From NCBI GenBank assembly GCA_964270895.1, contig OZ185440.1: DNA of 64,000 nt, one strand, 5' to 3'. Source of the stretch: Podarcis filfolensis (lineage: Eukaryota). The notes below the pieces were generated by a model that made no database searches, was not told the DNA's origin, and saw only the letters and a program-made list of their open reading frames with translations. Made by a program: the position numbers and the translations under genes. This document shows, in pieces, positions 1 through 13,228 of the stretch. Position 1 is the first letter of the stretch. Each line of letters begins with the position of its first letter.

Positions 1-80
1 GCCATCGGGGGGGGGGGGGGGAACCCATACAAAAAGACAGGGGAGACAGAAGGTATAATCCCTTCTCACTCAGTCCTTAC

Positions 81-200
81 CTGGTACATCTGAATAACGT
101 GCGAAGCCACGAATGTAGCTCCATAAACTTGGCCGTCTGTCCATCTCACTTGAACAACTTCACCTCCAGCTGGAGGACCCATTTGGAGACAATCTTGACT
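81..200 (-). CDS. KDM4A: KDM4A exon 20 (Tudor; [10 protein letters not shown]...IQMYQ)
   Basis: 120 nt, atag acceptor, gtaagg donor. Confidence 0.95.
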
Positions 201-2633
201 CTATCATGTGGGATAATTTTTTGAAAAAGATAAACATTATCTATTTACAAATGGGAAGAATAAATATTGCCAACTATCCAACCCACTCTGGAGAGAGTTA
301 CCAGTTGAGTGGATGAATGGGGGTTGAGGAGGCCACTTTCATTAAGTGGAATTACTGCTCTCTCTTAGTTGCTGTTAGGAATGAAACTTGTGTTACACAT
401 AGAGCATTGCTGCCTTAAATAGGCAGTTGTTAACACTTCAAATCTGGTGCTACAACTACACAGCTGTTCTACAGCATGGAACCAGTCGTGGCTAATTCAT
501 CTCCGGAGATACCTGTCTATGACCCTATTTTTTCTCAATAATACATGTAAAGGTTTAACAATAAAAAACAAAGAACACTTTATCCTTGGTGTTTCAGATA
601 TGTGCTCCTACCACAGCTGGTGTTATCTGGCATCCTTTTAAAAAAATGATGCTAAAGGTACAAAAATGCCAAGGAGGAGGAAATGGAAGATATCTGTAAT
701 AAAGCAGTCAGGCATTTTAAGTGCTCCATTCAGAGTCTACATCCTACAGCCCAAAGTGATACGCTGAGCCCTGTTCAGGTGCTTTAGGGATTTGTCCCAC
801 TTCAATGAACACTAATACTTCAGCACTGAGATGCAATATGAGCATTCAGGAAGGTATTTCCTTAAGCTATACACCCTCTAGTGGAATGAATCTTTCATTA
901 CATAGCATACCACAATGTCTTCTGGGTATAAGTTGTCACTGAAGGAGCCATCGTCAAAGTTGACCTCATAAAAGGTTTCCTTGGTCAGATTGACCACTTC
1001 ACATTGGTAGAAACGCCCGTTCTTGTGCTTGCTGATCACTGCTTGCCCCACGGTAAGATCCTGAAGAGCAGCCTTGGCTCGCTGAAGAAAAAAGAAGAGC
1101 CATAGTCAAGATAAATAAAACTTCCAAGCTTATGGACCACTGATCAGGGAGCGAAGCACTTCCAATGCATTTTATGTCCAGGAAAGGTAAGATAACTTGC
1201 CCAAAGCTGTCAATTAACACAGAGCCCTAAAATGATATGCTCCTCCATTGAACAAAGGAGATCACTGTTTCCCCTCCCAAGCGCTATGTGTTTTGCTGGT
1301 GCTGCATGTCTTTGGATTCCTAACTATTTTCATCCCTGTATGGATATGCAAATGATTTTAACAGTTAAACCAAATCTATCAGCCTCCATGACCTTACCTC
1401 TGCCTGGGATGGAATCTTGTGCCTGAAACAAGTAATGAAGACCACAAAAGGCCAATCATCCGGTTGCATCATGACTCCAGCTGCCTGAGCACAGCTGACA
1501 TGGAAGGATGTAGGACAGCGGCCATGAGAGCACTGCACGCAACAGCCAGCAGTTCTCTTCCGTCTCTTCTTGCAAAAAACACATTTCTGTGAACAAACCA
1601 ATTTAGGGTCAACAGATTCAAGGAACATGACAACCAGAATGGACAGTGAGCCATATCAGCTTCAAATCTGGCTTGGATGCTACATTTTTAAAGTTGAGGT
1701 ACTGAAATAAGCACACTTTATATAGGACTGATTTAGAAATATTGAGACAGTTTTTCAAATGTTGTGGATATCTCCAAATTCCATATAAATGTTAACCATT
1801 TGCATCTTATGCTTACCTATGTATGTGAGCTTTGTAGTACATCAACTTTTGTTCAAGGGTTTGTCACAAAAATGGATGGACCATTAAACTCCTCATGAAT
1901 CATTTTTATTGGCTTATCAATTAGCTGTCCCTCCCTGGCAGTCTCCTCACAATTCTTACAGGGCTTTCCCTTCCTCAAATAATTGCTGAGAAATTATCAA
2001 GAATGGTGCCTCCAATATCCCTGCTCTCATGTCATGTCTGATATGCCCAAAAGTCTAATACCCAAATGACAAAGAACAAGCATCTCATTTAGAGCACAGG
2101 GCTTTGAACTAGTACATAAACAAGAGTGCCAACCTAGCTGTACAACATCAGCTGAAAAACATGAAATACCTGACAACAGAAGCAGGTTATTCACAATATA
2201 AGATAAATGGGCAACAGTTAATGGACTATGATACCCATTCTAACTGTACAGTAATATGAAAGACTGAGATGAAGGCATGGTGGGAACAAAACACAAAGGC
2301 TTTTCCAAAGCATAAATAAAAACAAGTCATGAATTATGTCCATATCACCACACTACCCTGAAAACAGCAGACTAAATTTGAGACATACTTTGAGTGAGAG
2401 GGAGCTACTGTAATATCAAGAGGGTAGCAGGAAAATCTCTTAAGGAGAAGTGTGACTAAATTATCAATGCTGTCCCCACCTTTGCCTCTGCTTACCCAGT
2501 CTCAAAAGTTGTGGAAGTGTAGAAGACCTGCAGCCCTAACCTGACAGTATGTCATTTATCTGGCTCAAGTTTCCATGGGTTTTTATGTTGTATTTTTATG
2601 TTGTGAACTGCCTGGAGATCGTTTGATGAATAG

Positions 2634-2681
<48 letters not shown>

Positions 2682-2714
2682 ATGTATATGAATAGCAATA
2701 TATTTGATGAATAG

Positions 2715-2768
<54 letters not shown>

Positions 2769-5700
2769 ATGATGATGATGATGATGACAGACTCTTGAGC
2801 TAGGCAGGGACACTTGTATTCCATAAAAAACTACAGCTGGGTTTTACTTGCTGTGTCCTTAGCCAACTGCCACTGAATAGCTTATTCATTCATCTTTACT
2901 ATAAACATGAGCAATGAATGCTTATCCCTTGTCCTCTCCCTAATTAATTACTGGTCTCCTTTCACAGAAAGGAGGTATAACAATTACTATCTCAGTGGAA
3001 AAGAACATCTTTTCCCTTCAGAATTTGTTCTCTGAATTTTCCTATGCTCTTAAAAAAAGAAGTCATCTGCATTCTTTCAAGTGAGAAGTAGATGAGAGGG
3101 TTTGGGTTCAGATGTGATAAATTCCTATTTTCAATAGGTCTGTCAGTTCTGATTTGTGTTTTATTATAGGCTTTATGTTTCATTTTTAAAATGTCAATGC
3201 ACTTACTGATCTCCATCAAGTAAATACAGTACTGCAGTTTCCACAAATGAACACTGCTACTCTAGAACCCTGTGAAGAATAATAGAGAACTCATGCTGTT
3301 TAGTTAGCTGCAGGTAGTCTATGCCATATTGCTTTGTAAATTTTCCCTGCTATGCTCAAGGTAATTTAGAACAAAATGTAATGCAACACTGCTTGCTGAT
3401 GAAAAGGGCTGTTAACCGCACACCATACATAGGATGCAGGAGAATAATGGCCCATTTCCTTGGGATAGTTTACTTTCCCCATCTTTCTCTGCAGCATAAG
3501 CAGTCTGCTCTCTCATTATAATGCAACTGGTGTGTTCAACCTGACACTGGTATGACCAATGCTGTTGGCATTTCAGTGCCCTCTAATCTCTTGTATCTAG
3601 TAGGCTTTTGGGTCTCTCAACCCCTCATAATTACACATCTAGGAAAGATGTGTCCATCTTGCAGGCAGGAGCAAGGTGAATACTATTGACTAAAAGTTGG
3701 TGGGAAGGGCTTTGGAATTAGTAGTTTCATGGGAAAAGAGCAGGATGTAAATGCAGAAAACAAATAGTTATAGGTATTAGTTCACTTAGTGGCCTTTGGC
3801 AAGCTATAATTCCAGCTTTAAGTTGCTATCTGCAACATAATACAACATAATTAACTTATAGGGCTGCTGTACAGATCACTGGAACAACGTATATGAAGTG
3901 CTTAGAAGTTACAGTATACAGGTTATGTGTTCTACTTTACACCTGTACAATTGCTTCTGCTTCTAATCGCACTCCAGCTTCATTTATCTTATTGATTTGA
4001 ACAACCTTATTTTACATCCTTTATCAGAATGTTGATGGAAGAATAATCAAAAAGCATATGCTGGGATTATTGATCACTTCAAAGGAACAAAACAATCTGC
4101 CTTCTTACCAGCCGGAAGCGCTGCAGTGGTATTTTACTGACATCCACTGGACTGCGTTCTGCAATGTTCACAAACTTAGCCTCCAGAACTGCCACAGCAC
4201 ACATAACATGAACCCACCTGAACAACATCAGAAGATGGAGTGTTAGCACATGCTTATAAAAGATGGGCTGCAGGCGATGATGCATCTGAAACCAACAAAC
4301 CTACACCCACCCCTGCCTTGTACAAAGGTTAGGTAAGCAAATGTGCTTCCTCTCAACCCACTTTGCACCAAACAGGAACTCGTAATTCTCAGATCTGTTG
4401 CTTCAAGTTAAGTGAATTATTGACACATTTTAGGAAAAAAGACCTTCCATATTCGGTTACCCAAGTAAAAGGTAAAGGTAAAGGAATCCCTGACAGTTAG
4501 GTCCAGTTGCGAACGACTCTGGGGTTGCGGTGCTCATCTCGCTTTACTGGCCGAGGGAGCCAGCATTGGTCCACAGACAGTTTTTCTGGGTCATGTGGCC
4601 AGCATGACTAAGCTGCTTCTGGCAAAACCAGAGCAGTGCACGGAAATGCCGTTTACCTTCCCGCCACAGCGGTACCTATTTATCTACTTGCACTGGTGTG
4701 CTTTCGAACTGCTAGGTTGGCAGGAGCTAGGACTGAGCAACGGGAGCTCATCCTGTTGTGGGGATTCGAACCGCCAACCTTCCGATCCCGATCGGCGAGC
4801 CCTAGGCTCAGTGGTTTAGACCACAGCGCCACCTGCATCCCTTCCATATTCAGTTACCCAAGTACTCACTTGTTATCATTGGCTTTTTGAAGTGCACCTC
4901 CCCGAAGTGAGCACAAACAGCAATCCTGACAGGTAAGGAAAAAAGCCATGTTACCAGAACAGAAGAAATGAAGAAATTCTCACTTTCATCCTTGTGACAG
5001 AACCTTCCTATCTCTCTCAAACACACAAAATGCTTAGTCCTGCAGACTGTACAAGCTTATCTCTCTTTTTATTGCATTAACCACTTTTGTCAAGCTAGCA
5101 TACTAAAGCGGAAGAGAAGTCAAACCAATTCTACTAGAAACCTGCAGAAATGAAGGGCTTAACATATGTCTCATGCTGGGCAGAATGCACTCAATGGGGT
5201 TGAGTTCTAGAACAAATGAAGAGGAAGTCCTCCTACACCAATGAAAATTGAAGGTGGAGGTGAAGTAGGAACTCTGCCTTATTCAGCTGGATGCTAAGCC
5301 TATATACAGCATCCTAACCAAATTGTTAGGTAGTGGCTCTTACAGTTCCATTATCAGCTCAAGTCACATACTAAACAGGACCCAATCCTCTAAACCAGCA
5401 GACCAGATAATGGTTCTCAATGAGCACCATAAATATTAATTATAACATGGAATCTCAATGTGCAACCTGACATACTGCTTTAGGGAAATTTCAAAAGAGC
5501 TACCTCAAAGAATCTTGCACTTTGTAACAGTTCCAGTATGAGGCATTCAATGGACGGGCTACCATTAAACACAGACACAAATACAGGGACTGACTGCTTT
5601 GTGTGGGTGTTATGTTCTTGACCCCCCGTGGGCAGCAGCGGAGTGCATGTAAGCATAACCTGCTCCGCTCCACTCCCTTTTCCAGCCACTTTTGGGGACA

Positions 5701-8700
5701 GCATGATACGTGCATGCACGGTCATGCATCAATTGCACACGCCTAAAACAGTCATTGCCTATATATTTCAGTAAGTCAACCTTCCAATTTCCTTTGAGAC
5801 GATTCCATGAAGCATTTTCATAACAGAAACTAGCTCACAATATTATTTACATTTCAATAGAACATTTTCATGTATAGCATTCCAAAAGCTATCCCAGTAG
5901 CATTGAGTCAAGGCCCACACGTATACACAAGAGTTTTTTAGCAAAAGGTATGACATTCAAGATTTTCTTACCTCTTCTAAGGCATTAGCTTTGCATCTAG
6001 AGCACTTCCAGTCCTCAGTTGCTTTCGCAGGGGCTACTCCATAACAACCTAACACAAATGAACATACAACTTCAACAGGAGTGTTTTTTCTCTAATAAGT
6101 GTGTGTGTGTGTTGTCCATTAATACATAAATATGGAGCAAAATGTAAGTTAAATCTAGATTATTTATTTCTTCAATGTTTTCTGAATTATTGATTTTATC
6201 CTACTTGGATTTATTGGTAGGTTTATAAACTGATTTCTCCCCCTTCCTTTTTCATATTTTGATAAATTAATTTATGTTGTAAATTGCTTTGGGCACAGTT
6301 CACTGTGAAGAAGCAGCATATAACTAAACTGGCAAGCTTTTTCAGACTCTACTCTTCCTGCTTCAGTAACTTTATTTACTGATAGAATTAATCACTGCAT
6401 AGCTGAATATGGCAGTTGCGTCCCCGAACACAACAGTATGGCATTCAGACCAGAGGGAGAAGAAACAGACAACACCAGAACATAAGCAGACTTTAGACTA
6501 ACCATTCCATCACCTATTCAAATCATAGTAATACATATCTAACAATAGCACTGAGCCTCTTACACTCTTTTCATATTTTATTTCAAAATGGGAATACCCA
6601 CATTTCTTCATGATTTACTCAACACCTAAGAACAGTCATGGGAGTAGGGGTAGGTGGGTTTTCAGATCCTGAGACTGGTCACTGTTAGGAATGAGGGGCT
6701 AAATTATTAAAACTGGGTAACTAACCAGATTTAGTTTTCTCACTATAAATCGCTAGAGACCGGAAGTTATAAGAATACCCAAAACATTATGTAGACAATT
6801 TATTGTGGCAATCCTAATAGCAGCTGATATTCCTACTGATCATTTGCTGTCTTTTTTTCATGAACTCTGAAATTCTTCCACTTGAAAGTTTGTATAAGAG
6901 TTCCACTACGTGTGGTGTGCAAATGCTTTCTGAATGCTTTTTTTAATCTGCTGCATAATTTCTTTGGCATGCTCTAGTTCTACTATGTGCACAAATTAGA
7001 TTTCCTGTTCATTTCTTAGCTAATTCACACTAATGCAAGGTATTCCACGCACTTGTTCATTTTATTCTCTGTACAAATCAAGGTAGTTCCCAGAAGGCAG
7101 CTCAATAATATTTTCCTGCATCCTTCCCTGCTTTTTTTTTTTTTAAAGTAGCAGTGAGTTACCACAGGTCCATCTTTCCCTTTTTAAAACAGAGTAAAAT
7201 GGAGGGACAGCATTTAATATCATAGCACAGGATCACACCCAGGATATTTAGTACTCACTGGCATGTACTCGAACTTGACACTGTTTGCAAGTGACCAGAA
7301 GACTGGTGCCATCTTCCTCCAAGTAAGGAGTGGAGAGGCTGACATCTGTGCTGCAGCCAGTGGTAGTAAAGCACATCTCAGGAATCAGGGGCTTAGTTCT
7401 CATCTTTCCATCAGCATCTGGAGCTGCCTGCGAGCTCTGGCCTCCACAATCTGCCTGTGAGAGGAGGAAAAAGAGTCATTTAATAGGACACCAGTTTGGA
7501 AAGGCAGTTAAGAGTGTAGGTAATAACAAAGGCCACCTACTCATTCAGTACGCTACCTATCAGGTACAGTCCTGTCCGAACACAAGAACTACAATACTCT
7601 AGTCTTAAACAGACAAGTAACATAGCCAATGACAAGGTTAGTGACAAATCAGATGTAGATTTAGTAGAATTCCCTAGTGAGAAAGAAACACTAAATATTA
7701 CTGACAACCCCCCCCAACCCAGTAAGCCAACTTGCTGTCAGACCAAAGTACAAATGTAAGGGCATAATTTTAAATAATTTAAACAATTTAAACAAGTAAT
7801 TTAAATTTAAACAAGTAATCATGTGCCAAGATCGAGGACAGGCTAAATTAGACCTCAGTTATCTTGTACTATAATCCCATTATAGTACCCATTCTGTTTT
7901 ATTATCTTGCTCCATATTCAATGCTTTCTGGGTCACATCAAACTGCTACAGAGGTTTCTAATAGATTTGGCTCAGAGAAGCTAAATGGAAGGTGTTGATA
8001 AGGGTAGGCTCTAGCAGCTGTTGGAAACAATCCAACACGATTTAAAGAGACCCATACCCCGCAGTATTTTCACAAGTAACTCTCTATGGAAGCAAACTCT
8101 GCAAGGTAATATTGAAGGGAAGGCTTAGTGAACTCTTCCTTGTTTAAGAAAAAAGACCGCCAAACAAACTGCACAACCAATATAATGTTACTGTACAACA
8201 GAATTAAGATCAAACAACAGATACAAAATGGTACATGCCTTTTAAGATGCATGCAAATTATTCAGACACATTTCAAGCACTTTTTAAAGGGCATTCTTGA
8301 AAACTGTATCCATTAAAACTGTGCTTTATATAGAATTCACTAATCATCATCAAACCTCTTATTGGCATCACATACAAACATCCATAGCAAATCAATACAG
8401 AATTCCTGCCTTTCCAGTGACACAAAACATTTGTCAAATGAAAGAGGCAAAGCAGTCTAACATTAGATCTCTAGGTCTCCAGAGAGATCAGATGTCTGCA
8501 ATGTGTTTCGACGACAAAAAACCAGATAAAGGTATTTAGCCACTAACTTGGTGAGCTCCTGATTATTCCTCAATAATAGAAAATGTATGAAACTCTGGTT
8601 TCCATTTGGGGATGCAGAGCTGATCTAGGAACTGCTGGCGGAGATCAACATATAGTTTACATTTAAGAACCATATGTGTAAGAGTTTCCACCTGATGGTC

Positions 8701-11700
8701 TTCACATGGGCAAATTCTTTCTCCTTCCACCATTCCCGAGAACCTTCCCCATAGGAGGTTTGAAGCATTTGAATTAAACCTGGCCAGCGAAAATGCCCTT
8801 CTTTCTTGAGGATTAAGCAAAAATTCAAGATAATTGTGGTTAATTTCATATGCCCAAGAAAGTTGAAAGTTAAGAGGGGAACATGTTTTCTCTGCTGCTG
8901 CTGCTGCTGCTAGTTCCTGGTGTTCAATATCCCACAACCTAGTTTTTATTATATCCTTGGCTATTTTCTCTCAGCACTGGTGCACTACAAAGACCTCTAA
9001 AATATTTGGTCTGCTTACCTGGTAGGTTTGGAACAGCATGCAGACTGCACAATAGGGGGCTTGCTGAGCCATGGCTGAGTTGTACTCCTTTTCTGCCTCA
9101 AAGTTTGGAGGGCGATTCTGCCATAGTTGGCTGAGTGGCTTTGCCCATGTTTCTATCTCCTCAGTTTCTTCATCTGGTGCCAGCTGCTCTGACATTTCTG
9201 CAATAAGATACACAGGGGTCTTTCAAAGCTTACAAACCTGAGCTGCAAAATAGCCAAGTCAAGGGACTTATAGATTGTTGGAAAATTCCTTAACGGTTTG
9301 ACCCACTTCACAAGTACTACCAAAGGACACTGTTCTCACTGTCCCCAAAAGTGTACAACTGCCCAGTCCTGCTGAAAGTTTGCTTCACCAGCAGCAATTA
9401 CAAGCATGGTTCTCACATATGTGGTGCAATAGTGGAAGCTCTAGCATGATGATCCTCAAGCCTATTTAATTTATGGGATCAATAACTTGGAAGTAACACA
9501 GTATGCACTAAATGTAAATAGATACAAAAAGTGTGTTGAATTTTAGGAACCAAAACAGATCAAAGCCCTGTACCTGCCCCTAACCTGCTGGTTGAAAATT
9601 CAATGCCAGAGTAATTCTAGTTCAGTTAGCCATGCACTGCATCTTCTCAGGAACTATTAATCAAAATATTCCAGAAATGAGTAAGAGGACATATTTCAAG
9701 GAATAACGTGGGGGGGGGGGATTTCATTTTGAATCCACATTTTCTCTGTTCAAATTTTACCTCATTAGTCCACATATACAAACATTTGCAGTTGGAGACC
9801 AAATCTGCTTGCTTCCATCCATGCCAGTAGGCATTCCCCTTTGTCTTTGTCCCTGCCTTCCAATTCATTCATTCAAATGTGTTCATTTTGCACAAATGTG
9901 GCATGCATGTAGGAAACAAGTGAGCAATACGCACACCTTAAAAAAATTAAAAAATCCGTGTCTGCCCAGGAATTGCACAAGGGCACACATCTGGGAATCC
10001 CCAATCCTCACTAGCATCCACAACAGACCTCTATTGCGGGAAGGAAACAACACTGAACTTACCATCATCACTGAGGCCATCTTTAACGAGAAGCGGGTGA
10101 TGACGTGGTAGTTTGCTCAGGGGCTGGCGACGCCCTTTTGATTTTTTACGGTCTTTTACTGATCTGATGTACTCCTTCGCCATCTGGAAAAGACAGAGGT
10201 AGGTCAGTGGACATCTCTTCACAGACAACAGATGCAGCACAACATAAACAGATTGCGGTGGGGGGGGGGAGAGAATTTTCAGAACTGAAGTCAGGAAGAA
10301 GAGAGAGAAAAGCCGAAATCTGCAAAATGCTTTTGCTGTACAGGACAGAATCTGAAAGTGAAAACAGCTTGTTTGTTTTGTGGCTTACGTTCCATGATAT
10401 ACAAGACTTTCACTTGGAGAAAGTACTCATGTCTTAAAAACCAGAGGTCCAAATAAATAGCTTTTGGACATCTAGAGTTACTTGGTGCCCAAAGCAGAAA
10501 ACACAGTCCTAGCACAAATGGTCATCTATTTAATATCTAGCTTATGCTTGTATTGGAAAACACTACAAGGATCAAGCTGACAGCACATTACATAAAAGAA
10601 AACCAGTCTTAAGGTCAAGCCTGATCTATTACACAATTCATACAATTTAGATATCACTGATCATTAGTCTGCTTGCAGCATATGCTACAGCAAGACTGCT
10701 CTTGTAATGCAATCCCAATACTAATCTTCCAATTACTTTTGCAAGTTCCTGTTCATTCACACGGGTAGTAGCGCTGGCTTTTTTTCCAGAGGGCTGCTCA
10801 CTGTCCATGCCACCAACTTCTTCTTTAGCATAACTGTGCACTGTGAGAACTTCAGCTTGCTCAAGCGCCTGCCTGGGGAAGTCAGGAGATTCAGAATCTG
10901 AAGAACTTGAACACATTGAAGAGCCAGACTGAGAGCTGGAGGCTGAACTCTGCTTCATGGATGACTGGGTCAAGGCTGAAGTCACAGAATGAGAGATGGA
11001 AAGATCCAAAACAGCTGCATCTGGCTCTTCCTCTTCTAGTTTGACATTTTTCAGTTCTTCAAATTTTACTTCCGAGGAATCTGCATATTCTGGACCAAAA
11101 CAATGTTTAAAGCACTCATTAGTAACTGCCAAATGAGACAAATTCCAGAGGTGATCCATCAGGTAACTAAGTCTGGCTATGTCAGCAGTGCCCCAGCAAC
11201 CTTTTTATTCCATGACTTCAAACACCAAGAAAACATTCTAGCTCAGTGTCATCACCACCCCACCATTTCTCAGCATGCATGCTTGCACATTTCATAAGCA
11301 TTTTTTCAAAAAAAAATTATTGTCCATTTTGAATTCTCCACCTGCATAATGTTAAAACTCAACATTAAGGGAAGAGGTAGGGAACACATATTATCCCTAC
11401 TTGCATGTCCCAGCGCACATTCCCAATCTATTTCAAATCTTTTAAAACACTACATATTAGCTACCTTCTAAGGATTTTAACGATAGGCAATTTATTGTTA
11501 CCACAATGAACCCTTAGGCAATTCTGTATCAGTTCCTTTACAACTTTCAGATGAACACCTCTTGATATGGGGGCTAACCGCTATTCACTTTATTAATTTG
11601 TTCTAAAAGCTTTTAATGACACGGTAGTATTGGACTTCTTTTGTCAAATGACTCTGAATAACGTAAGGTGAACATTACTACAAAGAACCCATCTACTTTC

Positions 11701-13193
11701 TCTGTGATTGCTCCAGCTTCTTTGAGCATGTATTTTGTAATTTAAATGTCGTGCTAATTTACTGCCTAGATTTCTGCATGTAATGCAGAAACAGTAGCCC
11801 TTTTCAATCTAATGTGTGTTGCACCTGGTACATGACACCTGAGTGACAGTATGAATAAAATTGCAGCAACATGGTACATGCTGATGGAGCAGTGCAATGG
11901 AGCAAGACCTTGAAGCAGTTACCTGGGGGTGCAAGCCCTTGGTCCCCTTGTTGCACAGGCTCTCTAGCAGGTCCAACAGGCGGTTCTGCCACTTCCATGT
12001 CAAACTGCACTGAACCCAGCTCTTCTTTGGGAAAGGCCTCACTTTGGCTCACCTCATGAGGAACCTCTAAGCAGACGCGGTGCCGTTTGGTTCCAATGCG
12101 ATGCTTGGGCATGCTGCAAAAAAAAGTCTTACAAGTTAAGCACAACTGAAGCCAGCACAGCAAGTTGCTATCTCTCAGGACTAGTTGACTAATGGACTTC
12201 CTGCAAAAATAAATAAATGCATGTATCATGATGGAGACAACAACGGAGAAGGGTGATAGAAACCATACCACACTCTGCCGCAGAGTAAATGGACATTCAT
12301 TGACATCAATGCTTGGAATAAATTTTACAGCATTTCCTCCTCAGCTTTAAAAGATCCCTGTTTTACATAAAGGTCCTGAGAGACTTGACTATTATGTAGC
12401 CATGGAGTAGCCATCTTCAATGTAATGTATCCATCACAGATACAGACTTAAGGTGAAAAGGCTGTGAAAAGGCAGGGTAATCTAGTCAGATGTTTGCAAT
12501 ATATTAAATCAACTCAGCTTTTTCTGTAAAATGCTACCTCACAAGCCTACATTGAAAATATATTTAAAGAAAATGCTGATCAAATAGCACTAAGTAGCCT
12601 TCTCGGCTATATGCTTTTTATTTCCTGCGTTCATCTAAATATTCATCACCCCTCTGTGAGCCAGAAAAACATCAAAACAAGAATTTGCTGATGGCCATGT
12701 CCTTAAGTAGGTTGATCATCACTTTTGATCAAATTTGTTCATAGGAAAGGAAGGTAATATCCAGCTCCTGAATTGGCCACTTCACAATTTCTGTGTACGG
12801 TATAATTTCTGTGTACATACCTCTTCTTCTCCGCATCTTCCTCTGCTTTGCATCCTTCTTCGGGTTCACTTTCCTCAGGATATTGCTTCGCCTTCTTAAC
12901 TTTCTGGAGAAGCTCTCCTTTAAGGAACTCAGCTGCCTCTGGAGTTGGAAGTGTGTGGTCAATGACAGTTGCATCTTTCCCCGCTTTCCAAAGCTTGTAG
13001 CGTTCTGGCTGGTATTTTCTCACGAAGACATCCATGGAGATTTTGACCATGTCCTTTCGGCATGAACACTGCATGGAATAACAAACCAAGTGAGACCACT
13101 ATTTCTATTTCCGTCCAATGTTACTTTACTCTGCTATCATGTTTTCCCTCCAATGATTTCACATACCATTCCCAGTCAGAACTAATAAGCAGG

Positions 13194-13228
<35 letters not shown>

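Noticed and set aside
12786-12816. Short tandem duplications (also 19843-19868, 25251-25272, 38098-38140, 63750-63790)
   Set aside because: Two-copy 11-20 nt repeats are ordinary slippage or repair products; not an array and no spacers, so not CRISPR-like.
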